A DNA stretch of 64,000 nt from Polymyxa betae A26-41 (lineage: Eukaryota; Protista; Endomyxa: Phytomyxea): contig RBZT01000404.1 of the NCBI GenBank assembly GCA_003693705.1, forward strand, positions 62,001-126,000, in the 5' to 3' direction. Below the pieces are notes generated by a model that ran no database searches, was not told where the DNA came from, and saw only the letters and a program-made list of their open reading frames with translations. The translations under genes were made by a program, and so were the position numbers. Shown here piece after piece: positions 1-13,092 of the stretch (position 1 is its first letter; each line of letters opens with the position of its first letter).

Positions 1-2370
1 TGCAGACTCTGTAAAAATATTTCGATGAATAGGAATGTACCTGCAAAATTATCATTCATTGAAACAACGATCAACACAAAATAAAGGGCAACCGTGGAGG
101 TCGGTCAGAATCAGAAATGGGGGATTCAGCAGCTAAACTCGCCTGATTTTCATCCAGAAGATTGATTGCAGCCTCAGCAGTTAATCGCTGTTCCAGTAAG
201 TATCTAGACCTAAAGTTCAGACTTAGAACTTACGCAAACACACGAAGACTCTCTGATTACCGTCGTGATAACCATTTCAGCTCAAGTTTGGCAGTGCGTT
301 GAACAGCGATAGTTAATCGCGAAATCTAAACCAAATTTTAGACACAGAAATTGATACATTTGAATTCCAGTAATTATGGAATTCCGAATATACAGATCAA
401 CCTGTGCCAGGTCAAGCGGGTTCAGCTGTCCAGCTTGTTCTACAAAAGCATCAAAATGAGCCTGAAGACCACCATCCAGCGAATCTGCTTTCAGATGTCT
501 GCTGATTAGCAATTCCTGAATAAATCGATCAGATACGTGATCACTGCAAGTTCTTTGCTCACCTCCAGCTCGACGATACAATCCTCCAGCAGATGCTCTG
601 GTGATTTATACTTAATCACTTTAGATAGGATATCTTCAGGCCTATACAGCACGGTTTGAGGCTCGGTCGTGAGATGCATAAGAGATTCGCGATACTCATT
701 GGATGGGTTGCAAGGAACGCGTCTCCAAAGACGAGAAACAGATTTATATGATCGAGACAGAATGCTCGCTATCGCCAACAGCAACGTATCGTCTGAGCGA
801 AAATTCGGAACTTGACTTAAGGCGAATGGATCTAGCAAATACCTCGACGAGGATATTTGATTTTGTACTTCGTGATGAGTTCAATTTCTTCATCAGACGC
901 ATCTCTGGAGTCAAAGATCTCTGGACCTTGCTCCTAAAGAGTACTGGTTCAACCAAGGACGAATGAAAACCCAGTAAATTGGAAGGGCCCTACACTATAC
1001 AGCTGCCGTCGATGAGCTCGGTGATTCAACCAAAAGGGTCGACTGAAATCTTCATTGGCGTCTCTTATCCAGGCAGTCAAGCCAAGATTCACTCCTCGCC
1101 ATAGTGGTGCCACTTCCCACATTTGAAATGCTTCTCTCGTTGGAACCATGCTGCTTGAACAATCGTAAATCGCTACCCGGAACAGCGGAACAGCCAACAG
1201 CTTACTAATTAGCTGAAGAAGACTTCGATGACTGAGCTCGATTGTTAGTAGAAGAATGGCTGTCTTGGCGAAGGAGCTCTGTGAATTAGTTAATAACTGA
1301 TTTCAAAGTATAGGCAATAATTAATAGAATAATGATTGTTGTTGGAACAAACAGAAATTAATTCGCCCCACTCTGTCGTGAGTCCGGCCAGAACTTTTCA
1401 TCATCGAAGGAAATCGATTTCGAGCTGAGATCGGAATGTCTGGAGCCAGGTCAATGCTGATAAATGATTGTATATAGCAATTACAAAAGCAGACTCTGAA
1501 GTTCAGCGACATTGTAGGTGACATTATCTTGCTGCCCAAATGGAAAGAATCGCACCGGCTCGAGTTTATCTGTTCCAATCATCGGATAGCTGGGCGGATC
1601 GGGCGCCATAGAAGTCCAACGAAAAGATAAGCGACCCTTTGTTCAATCAGCATAACGGCACTCAAGCATACAGTGTTCGATAAGAATTAAAGCAAATGTG
1701 GTAACAATCGCAGAAAAACGTGAATAAACTTACAGCATCTTTATATTGAGATCCAAGCTCAGAAAACTGAGATCCATCTGTATCAAGAAATTCTCTATCA
1801 CGCCTTCTCTAAAAAAAAGAATTCCAAATTAGTGAACTTAGTTACTGATTTCAAAAATAAGATTCAATCGTAAATTGTAAACACAGCACCGAGCAATGAC
1901 CAATTACCCGTTTCGTTTGGATCATGCTATTGGGCCTAGAGAGACTGGACTGTTGATCTGCACATTTAGCCAGAATTGTATGTCGCTATGGTATGAGCGA
2001 TACCAGGAGCAAATGGTGTGAAACCCCCACCTGATATCCGCACCAGGTCGTATTGTGCTGCGCTGCATCTTTTAGTCCGTGATGATTACCGATTACCTGT
2101 AGCACCGATTTCTCGCTGGTTTCCGCTGAAAGGACAAGGATCGTCGCATTGTCAACAACACCATAGTTTTTAGAGAACTGCATACAGATATACCTGATAC
2201 ACATTTCGGAAGATAGGATTTTCGTAGAATACGGATCACAATACACAGCCGACAACAACAAGATAATGAAATTGTTCGAGGTTTCTATTTACATGTTTAC
2301 AATGATCAATTACTTCGAAGAATGACCACTGAGAAAGAACCGGATCCGGGATCCTGTATCTGAGACACAT
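1..2370 (-). CDS. Multi-exon hypothetical protein, probably running off the left edge of the window
   Basis: Chain of minus-strand open segments (282-581, 506-838, 744-956, 949-1197, 1321-1578, 1986-2261) separated by GT..AG-like gaps; candidate ATG at 2370. No family motif recognised; boundaries approximate. Confidence 0.4.
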
Positions 2371-2522
2371 GACATGATGTGTCACATGTTGCTTCTGTTA
2401 AGTGTGAGCGGCCTCCTCCCTCTTGCATCTCTGTATTTGGCTGGACTGGAGCGGTCTTTTTAGAATTCAAATTTCGTCTGTTTCGTGGGCACAACGAATC
2501 ATCTACAGATCCATTTAAACAC

Positions 2523-3043
2523 ATGACGGTCGCTGGCCATTCGACTCGTGTGACTCGGCTTTATCGTCAAGCGCGGCGTAACCTGCTTGATTGGGTCATT
2601 TCCAGGTCTGTCTGCATCTGTTTAGCTGAACGATACATGGCATATCTATCGTCAAACTCAGCAACGCTAGCGCGAACTAACCGTCAGTTTGTAGAGAAAT
2701 ATTCGAAATTGAAGCGAAGAAGCTTCGGGCCCAGTTCGACGCCAATCGATCTGCTACGGGCGTCATCGCTGAGAAAATCTTAAAGCAGGGCGAACAACAG
2801 CTTAATGAAAAACGTCACCCAGATCCTTATAAATGTGAGTACTCTTTTAGAGTATTGTTCTGGACCAATAACGTGCTAAGTGTTGTCTGAATCAGATATC
2901 TACATGCCTGGAGGGACTAAATTCATGTCAGTATTTAAAATTGACTCTGCGCATCACTCTAGATGATGATCTTTGACTGCAGGCGTAATCACCCTCCACC
3001 AGCTGAGATTCTCCATCGCAATATCGATGTGAACTTCGTTTAG
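2523..3043 (+). CDS. NDUFB9: NADH:ubiquinone oxidoreductase subunit B9 (B22, LYR family), 4 exons
   Basis: Spliced product MTVAGHSTRVTRLYRQARRNLLDWVISR|EIFEIEAKKLRAQFDAN...KRHPDPYK|YIYMPGGTKFM|RNHPPP...; LYR motif plus the HPxPY..PGGT signature; first intron 2606-2694 is GT-AG. Confidence 0.9.
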
Positions 3044-3126
3044 ATTTAACGAGGTCTACAACCGTTTCAGTCGAAGACTATCATGGTTTATTAAAGACCA
3101 GATTGTTGAAACTGCCAGATTTGCTC

Positions 3127-3728
3127 TCATGGTAATATCGTTGAGCTGTTACGGAAACAGCAACGTTGTACGAGCCTTCGCGCGTAAGGAACGAAGCTAA
3201 GCGCCACCCAAACCAAAGATAAGGTTTGCATTATAACTACAGCCAACAGTACTGGCTTCAGCCAGATTCTGTTTTGTCGGTCTATAACAATTTTGAGTTA
3301 GATCACAAGCATGGGCTATGTTTGATCGCCACTCACATGATAGCAGAAACGCACTCAATGCAGTTAAACCTGCCCATAACAGTACCGCACCAATTCGGTG
3401 AGGGCGAGTCATCGCACGAAGCAGTTTTTTTCCTCCGACCATGAAGAACACAGCTCCAAATATCGCCGCGGAACCCAGAAGCGATAATGTAAAGAATTTA
3501 TAGGGCTTCGTGATCACAATTGTGCTTAAACATAAAGAAAAGACCCCGAAACCGACACAGACGAGAAATCCCACGAGACGCTGGTTTACAAATGAGCGAC
3601 GATAATTTTCAACAAACATTGCTTACGGTTTTATATGAAAGCGACTTGCATATTGACTCGTTGGAGCTTGCAGATGAAGATTTCGGATTCGTTGATGTCG
3701 AAGAAAAATTTGGGATACCGAATGCCAT
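3127..3728 (-). CDS. SFT2: Vesicle transport protein SFT2/Got1 family, 3 exons
   Basis: MAFGIPNF...LSYKT|RLVGFLVCVGFG...KF..LLGS...RAMTRPHRIGA...|...QTLSLVWVALSFVPYARRLV; four hydrophobic segments and the LSYKTRLxGF and SxxPYAR motifs of SFT2. Confidence 0.85.
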
Positions 3729-3891
3729 TGGTTTGGATGTTATGGATTAAAAATACTAATAAACCGGAATTAGCTTCATGCGAGATGGAAGATGTCGGAA
3801 GATGGAAACAAGCTGTGGACTCACGTCAGGTCATAATCTATTTTATTAAAAAATATGCCGATTTCCATCGTGCTCAGTTGACTGTTTCAGT

Positions 3892-4767
3892 TCAGCAGTA
3901 ACAGTATGTACATAAACTAATGTCAGTTGATGATTCGGAATAACATCGCTGACATCAATAACAGCATCAGGCGATGTCTCCAATGGAAAGACATAGCATA
4001 TAATCTAAGAACGAGGTTCAAGCGACCTGTCCTAAGCCATGATATCACCGACTTACCCGAGCTCCAACCTTCAAACTCGACAACAAAACCGGCAATAACC
4101 GCCTCTGGACCCTACCAGAATCATGGCTTGAATTCTTTTGTTGATTGACATTTTTCAGATTTACCTTGGTGTTAGAAAAAGCCATACAATGGTAGCCTCG
4201 CCAAGAATGTTTTCAATTTCGGGGGCGAAGAAATCGTGCTTGAAAAAACAGAGACGACGAGCAGCAGCTTCATTACGCTGCCGTAGCGATGCTTGACCTT
4301 GCAGGGCTTTGGACAGGATCCTTTCGTCGTATTCGATGCCGATTGCTCTGCAACCATAGTGCTCGGCGACAGCAATGGCTAAGCCTGATAAAATATCATG
4401 GGCTGAGTTGATTATCTGCAAGCGAACTGACGCCCATCTCCACAACCCAGGTCGATGAAAACGTCGGTATTCCTGACAGCGATACGGCTGAGAACTGCAT
4501 CCAAAATAGGCTGTGGAGTTGGAACGTATGGACAAGGACGATATTCGTCATTGGCTCGAGCAGCCAGTGGTCGTTGACGTAAGGCATATTTACGAATAAG
4601 ATCCTGCAAGCGATTTCTATTGCTATGTGAGGTACTGCGCTGCTGGTGTCTGCCAAATAAATTCAGACATAACACATATCTTCGAAGATTTTCGAGTTCT
4701 ACTTGGATGGTTGCTTGCAGCCTGTTGAAGGGTCACATTCGATCAATTCACTTCCATCACGTGACAT
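3892..4767 (-). CDS. Class I SAM-dependent methyltransferase (FAM173-like), multi-exon
   Basis: YVPTPQPILDAVL, FIDLGCGDGR, AIGIEYD, HDFF, LKVGAR|IICYVFPL motifs; stop at 3892. The start codon and one internal junction are uncertain. Confidence 0.75.
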
Positions 4768-5160
4768 AGTGGATTGTTCGAACTTTGAAGCGGGAGGTTC
4801 TACCTATGATTTGTAGAGATTATTAAGAGGGAGGCTTCGCATTCGCATAAATTGTATCGTCTCTCATTTGTCGATCCATATGACCGCTTTACCTATCAGA
4901 ATGCATTCTTGTCACTGAATGCTTCTGAGACAACAATTCAACACGCTGTGGAGGGCTTCTGCTTAGCTTCTTATGGATGCGATATCTTTCACATTCTGTT
5001 TTCGCTTCGTCCGCTACGTACAATATGATTTGTGGGAAACCGGTACTGTGATTGTATCAAACAATGAATCTATGCTGTTTGATTGCAGGGATAACCAAAA
5101 ACAGAGCTCACGTGCAGAGCAACTCAGTTGAATTTGAGGGTCAAAGCGATTTAATTTTAG

Positions 5161-5455
5161 TTATTTCTTTAGAGTTCCAATTTCGAACTTCACCATAAAC
5201 TTGGCTACTGATTTCGGATGTCCAACATTGTCAAACGCCTTGCTAGCATCTGTTCCCTATCAAATTACACTCTCAGTCATAAATCGAAGGAACCAGTTCC
5301 TTTAAATATACCGAATGGTGTTCAATCACTTGCTTTCCTCCAGGATGTTCGGCTTTGAACGCGTCGAGGTTGTAGACCTTGTCGTGAATGGCAACCCAGC
5401 TCTGGGCCTTGTGCGATTTGATATCGTCAATGGAATAAGCAACAGCGCTACTCAT
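5161..5455 (-). CDS. Small soluble cytochrome b5-like heme-binding protein (~79 aa, 2 exons)
   Basis: WVAIHDKVYNL..HPGG...|GTDASKAFDNVGHPKS...IGTL; both heme-ligating His motifs present; no C-terminal membrane anchor. Confidence 0.9.
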
Positions 5456-5499
5456 CGCTTTAGGCAACTGAAGTTATCACCAAAAAGTCAGTGTTCCCA

Positions 5500-5633
5500 A
5501 TTGAGTTATATGTATTCTATAACTGGGCTCAACAGTTCTATAACTCATCACAGATATGTACTCCATTGAGTTATATGTATTCTATAACTGGGCTCAACAG
5601 TTCTATAACTCATCACAGATATGTACTCCATTG
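5500..5633. repeat. Exact tandem duplication of a 65-bp unit (2 copies)
   Basis: TTGAGTTATATGTATTCTATAACTGGGCTCAACAGTTCTATAACTCATCACAGATATGTACTCCA starts at 5501 and 5566; each unit holds the inverted repeat TGAGTTATA/TATAACTCA. Confidence 0.95.
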
Positions 5634-5766
5634 TCAGCACCGACCCCATTTTAGCAGGCAGTCCCGGCACAGGGCTGCAGTAACAGGTACTGTGGAATGG
5701 TGGTAACGTGATTAGGATCACCTCTCCATGCCAGCCATAAGCCATTAGTCAATCATTTCGAATTTA

Positions 5767-8305
5767 TTAGTTTCGAGAAGCATCGGTTTGGGTCTCTAAA
5801 TAATTCGAATCTAATGATGGTTGAGTGGAAGGTTGAGTTCCGTTGCCTGGGAGTGCTTGTCCAAGCCGGCTGCGCTGTTGGCCGTTAGCGGATCCGAAAG
5901 ACCCTGAATCAGCCCCGGACGATCCATTGTCGCCTGGTAAACCCTGAGCTTGTGCTCCAGAAAATTGCTGCAGTTCTGAACCTTTGCCAGGGACGGTTTC
6001 TGCTTGGCCGCCAGCACCTTGACCTTGGACGCTAGCGCCTTGTGCTTGTCCCCCGAGCCCTTGAGCAGGCAGTCCTTGCGATTGGGTGCCAAATCCTTGA
6101 CGATCGGCATTTGACTTCATCATCATGCCTCTATCTTTTTCACGTCCTCGGCCAATTCCAGTCACCATTTGACCAGGCATTTGTCCTGCCATTCCAGGCG
6201 CCATTTGTCCAGTCATTTGCCCCATTCCACCGAATCCCATTCCCATATCACCTTGAGAGACCATCATGGGGGTACCGCCGACCGCCACCGGATGTTGTAC
6301 CATCATCTGCTGCTGAGGAACGAGGATTCCTGCTCGCTGCTGATTGGCCGGACGTTGCTGCATCTGCTGTTGAGGCATCCGCTGCCGAGCTTGCCCCTGA
6401 GATGCTGGCGCTGCCACAGCTTGCTGCGCAGGCATCGCTTGCATTTGTTGAGCAGGCATAGCGGCCATTGGCATGGCTGCAACTGGCTGAGCTGGCATGG
6501 CAGGCACTGCTGCGACCGGCATGACTGGAGCTGCAGGTACCATAGCGACCGTCGAAGGCGCAGGGGTTTTGGCGACCAGGACCGTCTGTACAGCTGGCTG
6601 AGCGGCTTGCTGAAACAGCTGGAGAGGGATCTCGGGAGCTGGCGGTGCTTCCTTAATTTCAGATGCTGGCACCTCCCGTTGTCGAACAATGGTGGCGATC
6701 TGGAACTGTTTGACTGGAGGTCGAGAAGCAGTCGTTGGCGCTGGGGTTGGCGCCGGAGTTGGCATTGTCGTAGAAGGTGCAGGAGTGGTAGTTGCCGCAG
6801 GAGTCGGGACCGTTGTTGACGCAGGACTTGGCACAGAGGCAGCTTTCGCCGCTTTCGGGTTTGCCTGCTTTGGCGAGTGCTGTTTAGGTCGGGATTCAGG
6901 CTGATCTTGTTCTTCATCAATCGGAATTCGTCGACGTCGAGGAGTATCTTGCATTTCCTCCGCACGCGGGATAGGCGACGACTTGGCTTCTAGCTTAACA
7001 TTCGGTGATGGAGGCTGGATGACAACAACCGGGGCCTCGATATCGAAGTGCAAGCGAAGTTTCTGAGCAATCATTCCTGAGGTATTGTTCGAGTTCTCAA
7101 CGCTGGCCATTGTACTGAATGCATTATCGTAGGGAATACCCACCTGGAATGGGAGTCAGATTCAATATGATACGGTGCAGAACAAAACCGACCTGCAAAG
7201 ATTGAGGCGACCAGCGAGTTGTTCGAGGAACCAGATAATCCGCCTTTGATCGGGACTGCTCGACGTAGATGTGTTTCAGTTCGTAGGTAACTCCTGAATT
7301 TGGACGAATCTCCTCTGGTCGTTTCGTGACTGTTCGAGTCAAAATATCATCCAGTTTAATCAACGTCGTTCGCTTTGTTGCATTCTGCCAGTCTGGTAGC
7401 GAAAGCTGTCGCGATCGGTTCATGGCTGTCACAAAAGAAAGCATCGTAGAATGGGCTGCTTGCTCTGCACCTGGACCCAGAGACTTGTCGTAAATACAAG
7501 ACTCGACGAAGGAGGCGAACAGAGCGTCTTCGTTCATGCGACTGGGCTCTTGTCCAGCCAGACATTGTTGATAGACTTGTTTCATGACGCTTTCGCTCTC
7601 GAACACGGGGTTGGATGGAATCACTCTGTCATCCGGTACTTGAGCTGGAGCGACAGTTGCTAGCGGTCTCATCATGGCAGAAGTGCCGTTGCTTGCCTTC
7701 AAGGCCGTGCTCAGGTTGGAGCACTGATTACCCGAGATGATGGCATCCATTGTGGTGAATGGTTCAACAAACTGGGTGATGTTGACAGGGCGTTTCTGAG
7801 GGCCTGAACAGTCTCCACACATACCCGAGCATTTGTTGATCTTTTTTGCCAGAACCCCGAATGAGAACGGTGCGAAGTCCAGAGTGATTTGGCCGCCATC
7901 AACTTCGATTTCCATCTGAAACAGATCGGGTTTCTTATGGATTTTGGTTTGGAATCGTGGATCGATTGAGTATTGAGCAGGATCGTTTACAAGGTCGCCG
8001 TTGATAATCGTTTGCGACGAATTTGATGATGGCGCTTGCACGATAAGGTCACATCCGTCTTGACGAACACGAATGCGACAATAATCGATGATGCTTACAG
8101 CGCCGCGCTTCTCATTCATACATTGGACTTCGACAGAATCGGTCTTGAACACCTGATGCAGACCAGAGCCTTGCCAATCATAGAATGTTTTCCCATCACA
8201 CATCAGGTAGTGTGGATCACCGGTTCCGATACACATGCAATCGGCTGAAACCAGAGCCGGCAACAGCAGAATTAAACAGATTCCAGTAACCGTGGTCAGG
8301 AACAT
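5767..8305 (-). CDS. Secreted VWD (+C8-like) domain protein with P/T/A-rich linker and Q/M/G-rich tail (~829 aa, 2 exons)
   Basis: Signal peptide MFLTTVTGICLILLLPALVSA; VWD start CIGTGDPHYLMCDG..YDWQG; CSGMCGDC; C8-like FVESCIYD; the 49-nt GT-AG intron 7144-7192 joins ORFs 7124..8305 and 5767..7143 in frame. Confidence 0.85.
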
Positions 8306-8495
8306 AATTATAGATTAAATTTGATGTTAACTTAGTATAGAAATGAATAATGACGGTGGTGAGCAAGTCAATCACACGTGACGACACTGTGGGTGTTGCA
8401 TGACTCAATCAACTTCTCAATGCTAGTGTTGAATGATTTGTCTTTTATCCACAGGGATCTGCCAATACGACTATAGATGCAGAAATCCTAAACAT

Positions 8496-9630
8496 TTACA
8501 CGACATTCCAAACAGTGTTTTCGACAAATTCGTGCTTGTGGAGCACGCTCGTTATTGATGACAAACATTGTTGTGAGCTAAGAAGCTCGGTTGGTGGCAG
8601 CCAGTTGTTTAGATGTAGAAGCCATTGGTACTGATTCCGCTGACAAGAAAATAGGGTAGGACGTTCGATCACTGTCTCTTGATCGACTGGATCTGCAATA
8701 GAATTCTGGACATCGTTCCAAACAACGCATGTTTCATTCGATTTCATTTTTGGCGTTTAAAAAAACCCTCCCAGTTTCCATCAAGTAACGTTGCTTCTTC
8801 AGAATGCTGAAAGCATTTTGAAATTGTGAGTACCTTCCCGGTGAATAAAGCTCAAACAATAGCCGTGAGAGAGCCTTTTAGAATGAAATCAGCTTTGTTT
8901 TGGCCTTTTACACGTTCACTGGACCCTCTTACCTCCATATCATCCAACCATGATTCTTTGTAGATTGTTGCTGAATCATTTTCAGATTGCACCGAAGAAT
9001 GGGAAATTACAAGTAGAGTTATACTTCACATTTTCTGGCAATCTATCCGGAAGATTGAACTGCGGAGCGATGGCCCATTGTCTTGCGATTACAAATGCAT
9101 CATTTTACTTGAAGTTAAGCTCCCTCAGCAATGTATTTTTATTACATAACAGTTTCCACATCAGTTTAATAATACATGTTCGGTTTCATTTCCAGACGCT
9201 TCCACCAAGGTGGCACTCGAATTAGTTCGGCTTGAGATTGTTTTCCTTGCCAAAGACGTGCGCTGTGCAAACCCTTCTGGTTGGATACAGTACAGAAGGC
9301 ATTTTTTCCAAAAACAGCAGATTTTCAACATTGAATCCAATTTGCATGACAAAAGAAGTCTCGAAGCATTGCGGATCACCAGAAAAGGGCAACAATTTTG
9401 CTCAGTTTCCGGCGGTCTTTCCATGCCTTGCTCAGCTAGCAAAACTTGCTTGCATAGAAGGAACCAGAACGTGAGCTGATAGCCCAACAATTGCAAGCAA
9501 GCGTTTTCGTTGGAATTGGTCACAATCTGGATTGTTGAAACAAGACCATTTAATTTTAATGCCAGTTAGTGTTAAAACCATCAGAATGATATGACTACTT
9601 TCAAAGCCTCTCAAATCGCCCATCCGGTTT
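8496..9630 (-). CDS. Possible multi-exon hypothetical protein
   Basis: Minus-strand open segments with plausible splice sites (e.g. KESWLDDME|gtaag..ag|ALSRLLFELYSPG) and terminal ORF 8496..8747; no family recognised; limits approximate. Confidence 0.3.
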
Positions 9631-9689
9631 AGCGGAAACAAAGTGACTGGGGATCATGGTACTACTGTATTCAGCGACTGTATTAATGC

Positions 9690-10025
9690 CAATTTCCTAC
9701 GCACTATAAATCCAGCGTTATCGGGCGGATTAGTGGAAGGAGGCAATCAAATCGGAGCTCGAATCGTTAGCCGAGAACAATACCTGGGTGTTAGTGAACG
9801 TACAGTATAATAACCGGCATGTAATAGCTCGATGTGGGTATTTGCTGTCAAATACAATTAATCGGATTGTTCAGTTGAACATTTCAAAGCCCGATTAGTG
9901 GCACGGGGAGACTCTCAAATAGTTGGAGTCGATTTTAACGAAACATACGTCCTTGTTGCACCTGTCTCGTGGTTCCGGCTGTTGATTGCACTAGGTGCGA
10001 ATTACGACTTTGATCTCGAACAGAG
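9690..10025 (+). mobile_element. Degenerate Ty1/copia reverse transcriptase (RVT_2) fragment
   Basis: WKEAIKSELESLAENNTWVLV...(frameshift)WVFAVKYN*SDCSVEHFKARLVARGDSQIVGVDFNETY..VA...RLLIALGA; in-frame stop at 9859-9861; no LTRs seen. Confidence 0.88.
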
Positions 10026-10440
10026 TTTATCGTCATTTGTCCTATCAGGAATAGGACAACATTGTTTCTTCATATATGCCATCAAAACTTTGATAACAGT
10101 GCGGCGTCATGCTAATCGGTCGCTTTTCATTGCAGTGTTCGCATTACTTAATTGCGATGGGTGCCGGTGAGTTTATCGATGTTCGTTCATCAGTTTCGTG
10201 CACATGGCCGACTTTGAGCTGCCTCTTGTGTCAGAGAACATCGGGTGCTGTAGCCATTTCTAATCCAGATTCGATGTATCCGCAAAGCATCTGCACCTGA
10301 TGGTTCGCTGTTCTATAATGTCATGATCTCAACCACAGCGAGGAACACATTTTTTTTGGATATTTTATATATCCATGTTCGCATGCAACAAATCGACAGT
10401 CACAGAGAAGTAGGTAAACAGTTTTGCGGACAGATCAAGC

Positions 10441-12053
10441 TGAGGGTAGCTCAGTCCGATTAACGCATTACGCACATTCTGGGCAGAATATTCTCGACTT
10501 TGTGTGCCTTTCGTAGCTTCCGTTCGCGCGTTTCTGGTGCCCTGGCCGTGTATTCCTTAGTATCTCATCTTCCGGTTATTCTGATTCCAAATCTCTACTC
10601 CATCCTCAAATTTGGTTTATAACATATAACGTCCGTTTGTCATGACCTTGTAACCTCGTCAGACCTTGACTACGTTACAGAATAATATCTTCTGTGATGA
10701 CCCCCCTTTATTTGATAGTTTCAACCCAATACAGCCCAAAGATCTTCTTGCGACTGAGGGCATCGAGCGCAACATCAGGCTTCAGTTCGAGCGTCTCGAC
10801 TACTCCAGGCTCTTCTTGCCGACGCTCAACAAAAGGATGGAGATGTAGGCTCTTCCAATGTGCCCTACGTGTTCGTGACAGCTCTCCGTGCAACGACGAT
10901 CACAAGTCTGCTTATATCCAAGTCATGAACATGTTCGGCTATTGGGGGCCACGGACAAAGAGACATATTACTCAGGCAAAGTTGGACAAGTACACGGGGT
11001 GGCACCACAACTTGGACGAGTTCGAGCCCGCCACCGACCTTGTGAACGAGATGCTTGTCGAGATACAGGATGACCGCGGTCACGTTCCAGCAGGCGACTT
11101 CGAGATCTCTGACAACGATCTGATGGCGGAGGAATTGCATCTCATGGGCATCCATCTTTGTGTTCGACGACGGCTTGCCTGATCGGACTGAAATCGTCGT
11201 CCTTTTCGTCACCACCCCTCTTCTTCCGTTTAGTTCTTAATTAGCTTTTCGTACTCAACGATCTGTTCTTCCCCAGTTGGTTTGCAACACCGTTCAGCAC
11301 CCTGATCTGTGAATCTCGAAATAGGCTAAAGGCTTGGTAGGGAATGTATGTCAATAGGAATACTGTATATTTCTGATGTATAATTGAATATTTGGAAAGA
11401 CCAATGAGGTCAACCGGAAACACGTTCTGCTTTAATTTATTATGAATTTTCGGTGGCATGAATTTGATCGGATCGGTGGCTGCAAGACGTTTGGTCAAAT
11501 TGGGGGCGAACACTTCGAAAAGTAGATGGCAGGCGCCATCATCGGAATTTACGGTGTTTTCCCACATCAGATTGCACGTTCTATCGACGTTTTTCCTCCA
11601 GGAACTCATCTGATCATGAATCTGTCATGAGAAACAATTTGCTTGCGACGCTTATTTTACAATGCAACATTCGGTCCATCTTTGTTGCAATGGAGAAGTG
11701 GATCGGACGCAGATCAGTCAACAAACGGTGATTGCAATGTGCAGGAATTTGAAAAAAGTTTAGGTGGGTTGGACATACGGTGCTTTGCCGGGCTTTGAAA
11801 TTGAATCACAACAGGTGTAATGGACCAGAACTATTATATATATTTATATAAAAGGATGTTTAGAATTTAAGGGTGCAAAGCTACAGAAGGAAGATACAAG
11901 GCTTGGAGAGTATCGCGATAGAAGAATACAAAAATAGGAACACACAGGAGTACGACGAGTAGACGAAGACTACGAAGGAGACAGAAACTGTGAAGACGAG
12001 GCAGAACAGAGTTTTAGTCTAAAACGGGCGTTAATTGAACTGAGCTACCCTCA
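10441..12053. mobile_element. TIR-bounded ~1.6-kb element (non-autonomous DNA-transposon-like) with two convergent unknown ORFs
   Basis: Left TGAGGGTAGCTCAGTCCGATTAACGC (10441-10466) matches the reverse complement of 12028-12053, TGAGGGTAGCTCAGTTCAATTAACGC, at 24/26. Internal ORFs 10694..11182(+) and 11241..11609(-). No clear TSD or DDE motif. Confidence 0.7.
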
Positions 12054-13092
12054 TTTCAATGAAGTTGATGTATTATCATGTGACAGACTGACAGCAGTAG
12101 GAACTGCAGTGCAAGCAGGCACCGCCCTGCTGAGCTGCATTCTGGGGTTGCGCTCATGAGTCATGACAACAAGTGCCCGTGAAGATGAAATGCTACTGGG
12201 AATCGCTATCAGTTTATTAGAGGAACTCAATAGAAAGCATGGCCGTCAGCGGCTATTGCAAATGAGCAGCCCGCCTGCGTTAATCGCCAGTTTCAAGGCT
12301 TGATACAGGCGGACGAAGTAATGATTTCCTCGCAGCAACCGAACGAAGAAGCGCCTGAGCCAGCCACTATCTCGAAACCCATTGCACTCGTGTCGCTTCG
12401 GCTAGTCCTTCAATTACTGAACCTAACACGTCTGCAGCGCAGCGGCAAGTGAAGGGCGTCAGGCAACAAGATGACTACACAAGTTTGGTTATGAATTCCA
12501 GCACCACAAACAAAGCCACAACGTTGACGTACATGAAAGACCGGATGTTGTGGCTTGTCGAAAAAATTCCTTGACCGCATGGAACAGAGGGGATAATCTA
12601 AGGCTATAAGCTTGTAAAACGAGAAGTTTTCATCGGAAAGCATGCGATTGGACTTAGCTCGAGAAAGTCGATATATCCGCAAACCACCAAATAACGCTCA
12701 ACTGCTGTTTAATGTTGAAGATTTTCTCTGGATCTTTTCATTTGTTACAGGTAGGTCTAAAATTACCATACAAAGATTTTTAACAAATTTTACCAGACAA
12801 GGAATTTAACCGCCAAAATACAGTCAGAGCTTACAGGGTCAATGGTCAGAAGCTCATTATGACTGGCATGTAGAAATACAGCAACCATTTGAAGGCAGTA
12901 GTATTACAATCTCTGTTCTACGAATGCGATGACATGTTGTTGATGTTAGCAATTGGCATATGAAATAGCAGTCAGCAAACGGCGACTATTGCTACATCTT
13001 CAGCATAAAGTTTGTTGTAGGTTAGCTGTGAGACCATTTGATGACAAACCAATCTGGATCGTCAAATGAGTTGAATAATGTTTTGATAGTTT

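Noticed and set aside
6042-6965. Long overlapping ORFs 6042..6461(+), 6169..6819(+) and 6303..6965(-)
   Set aside because: They are shadow frames of the GC-rich low-complexity VWD gene exon.
12410-13020. Degenerate second TM-RGS paralogue (FNIKQQLSVIWW...)
   Set aside because: The resemblance is too short and stop-ridden to support.
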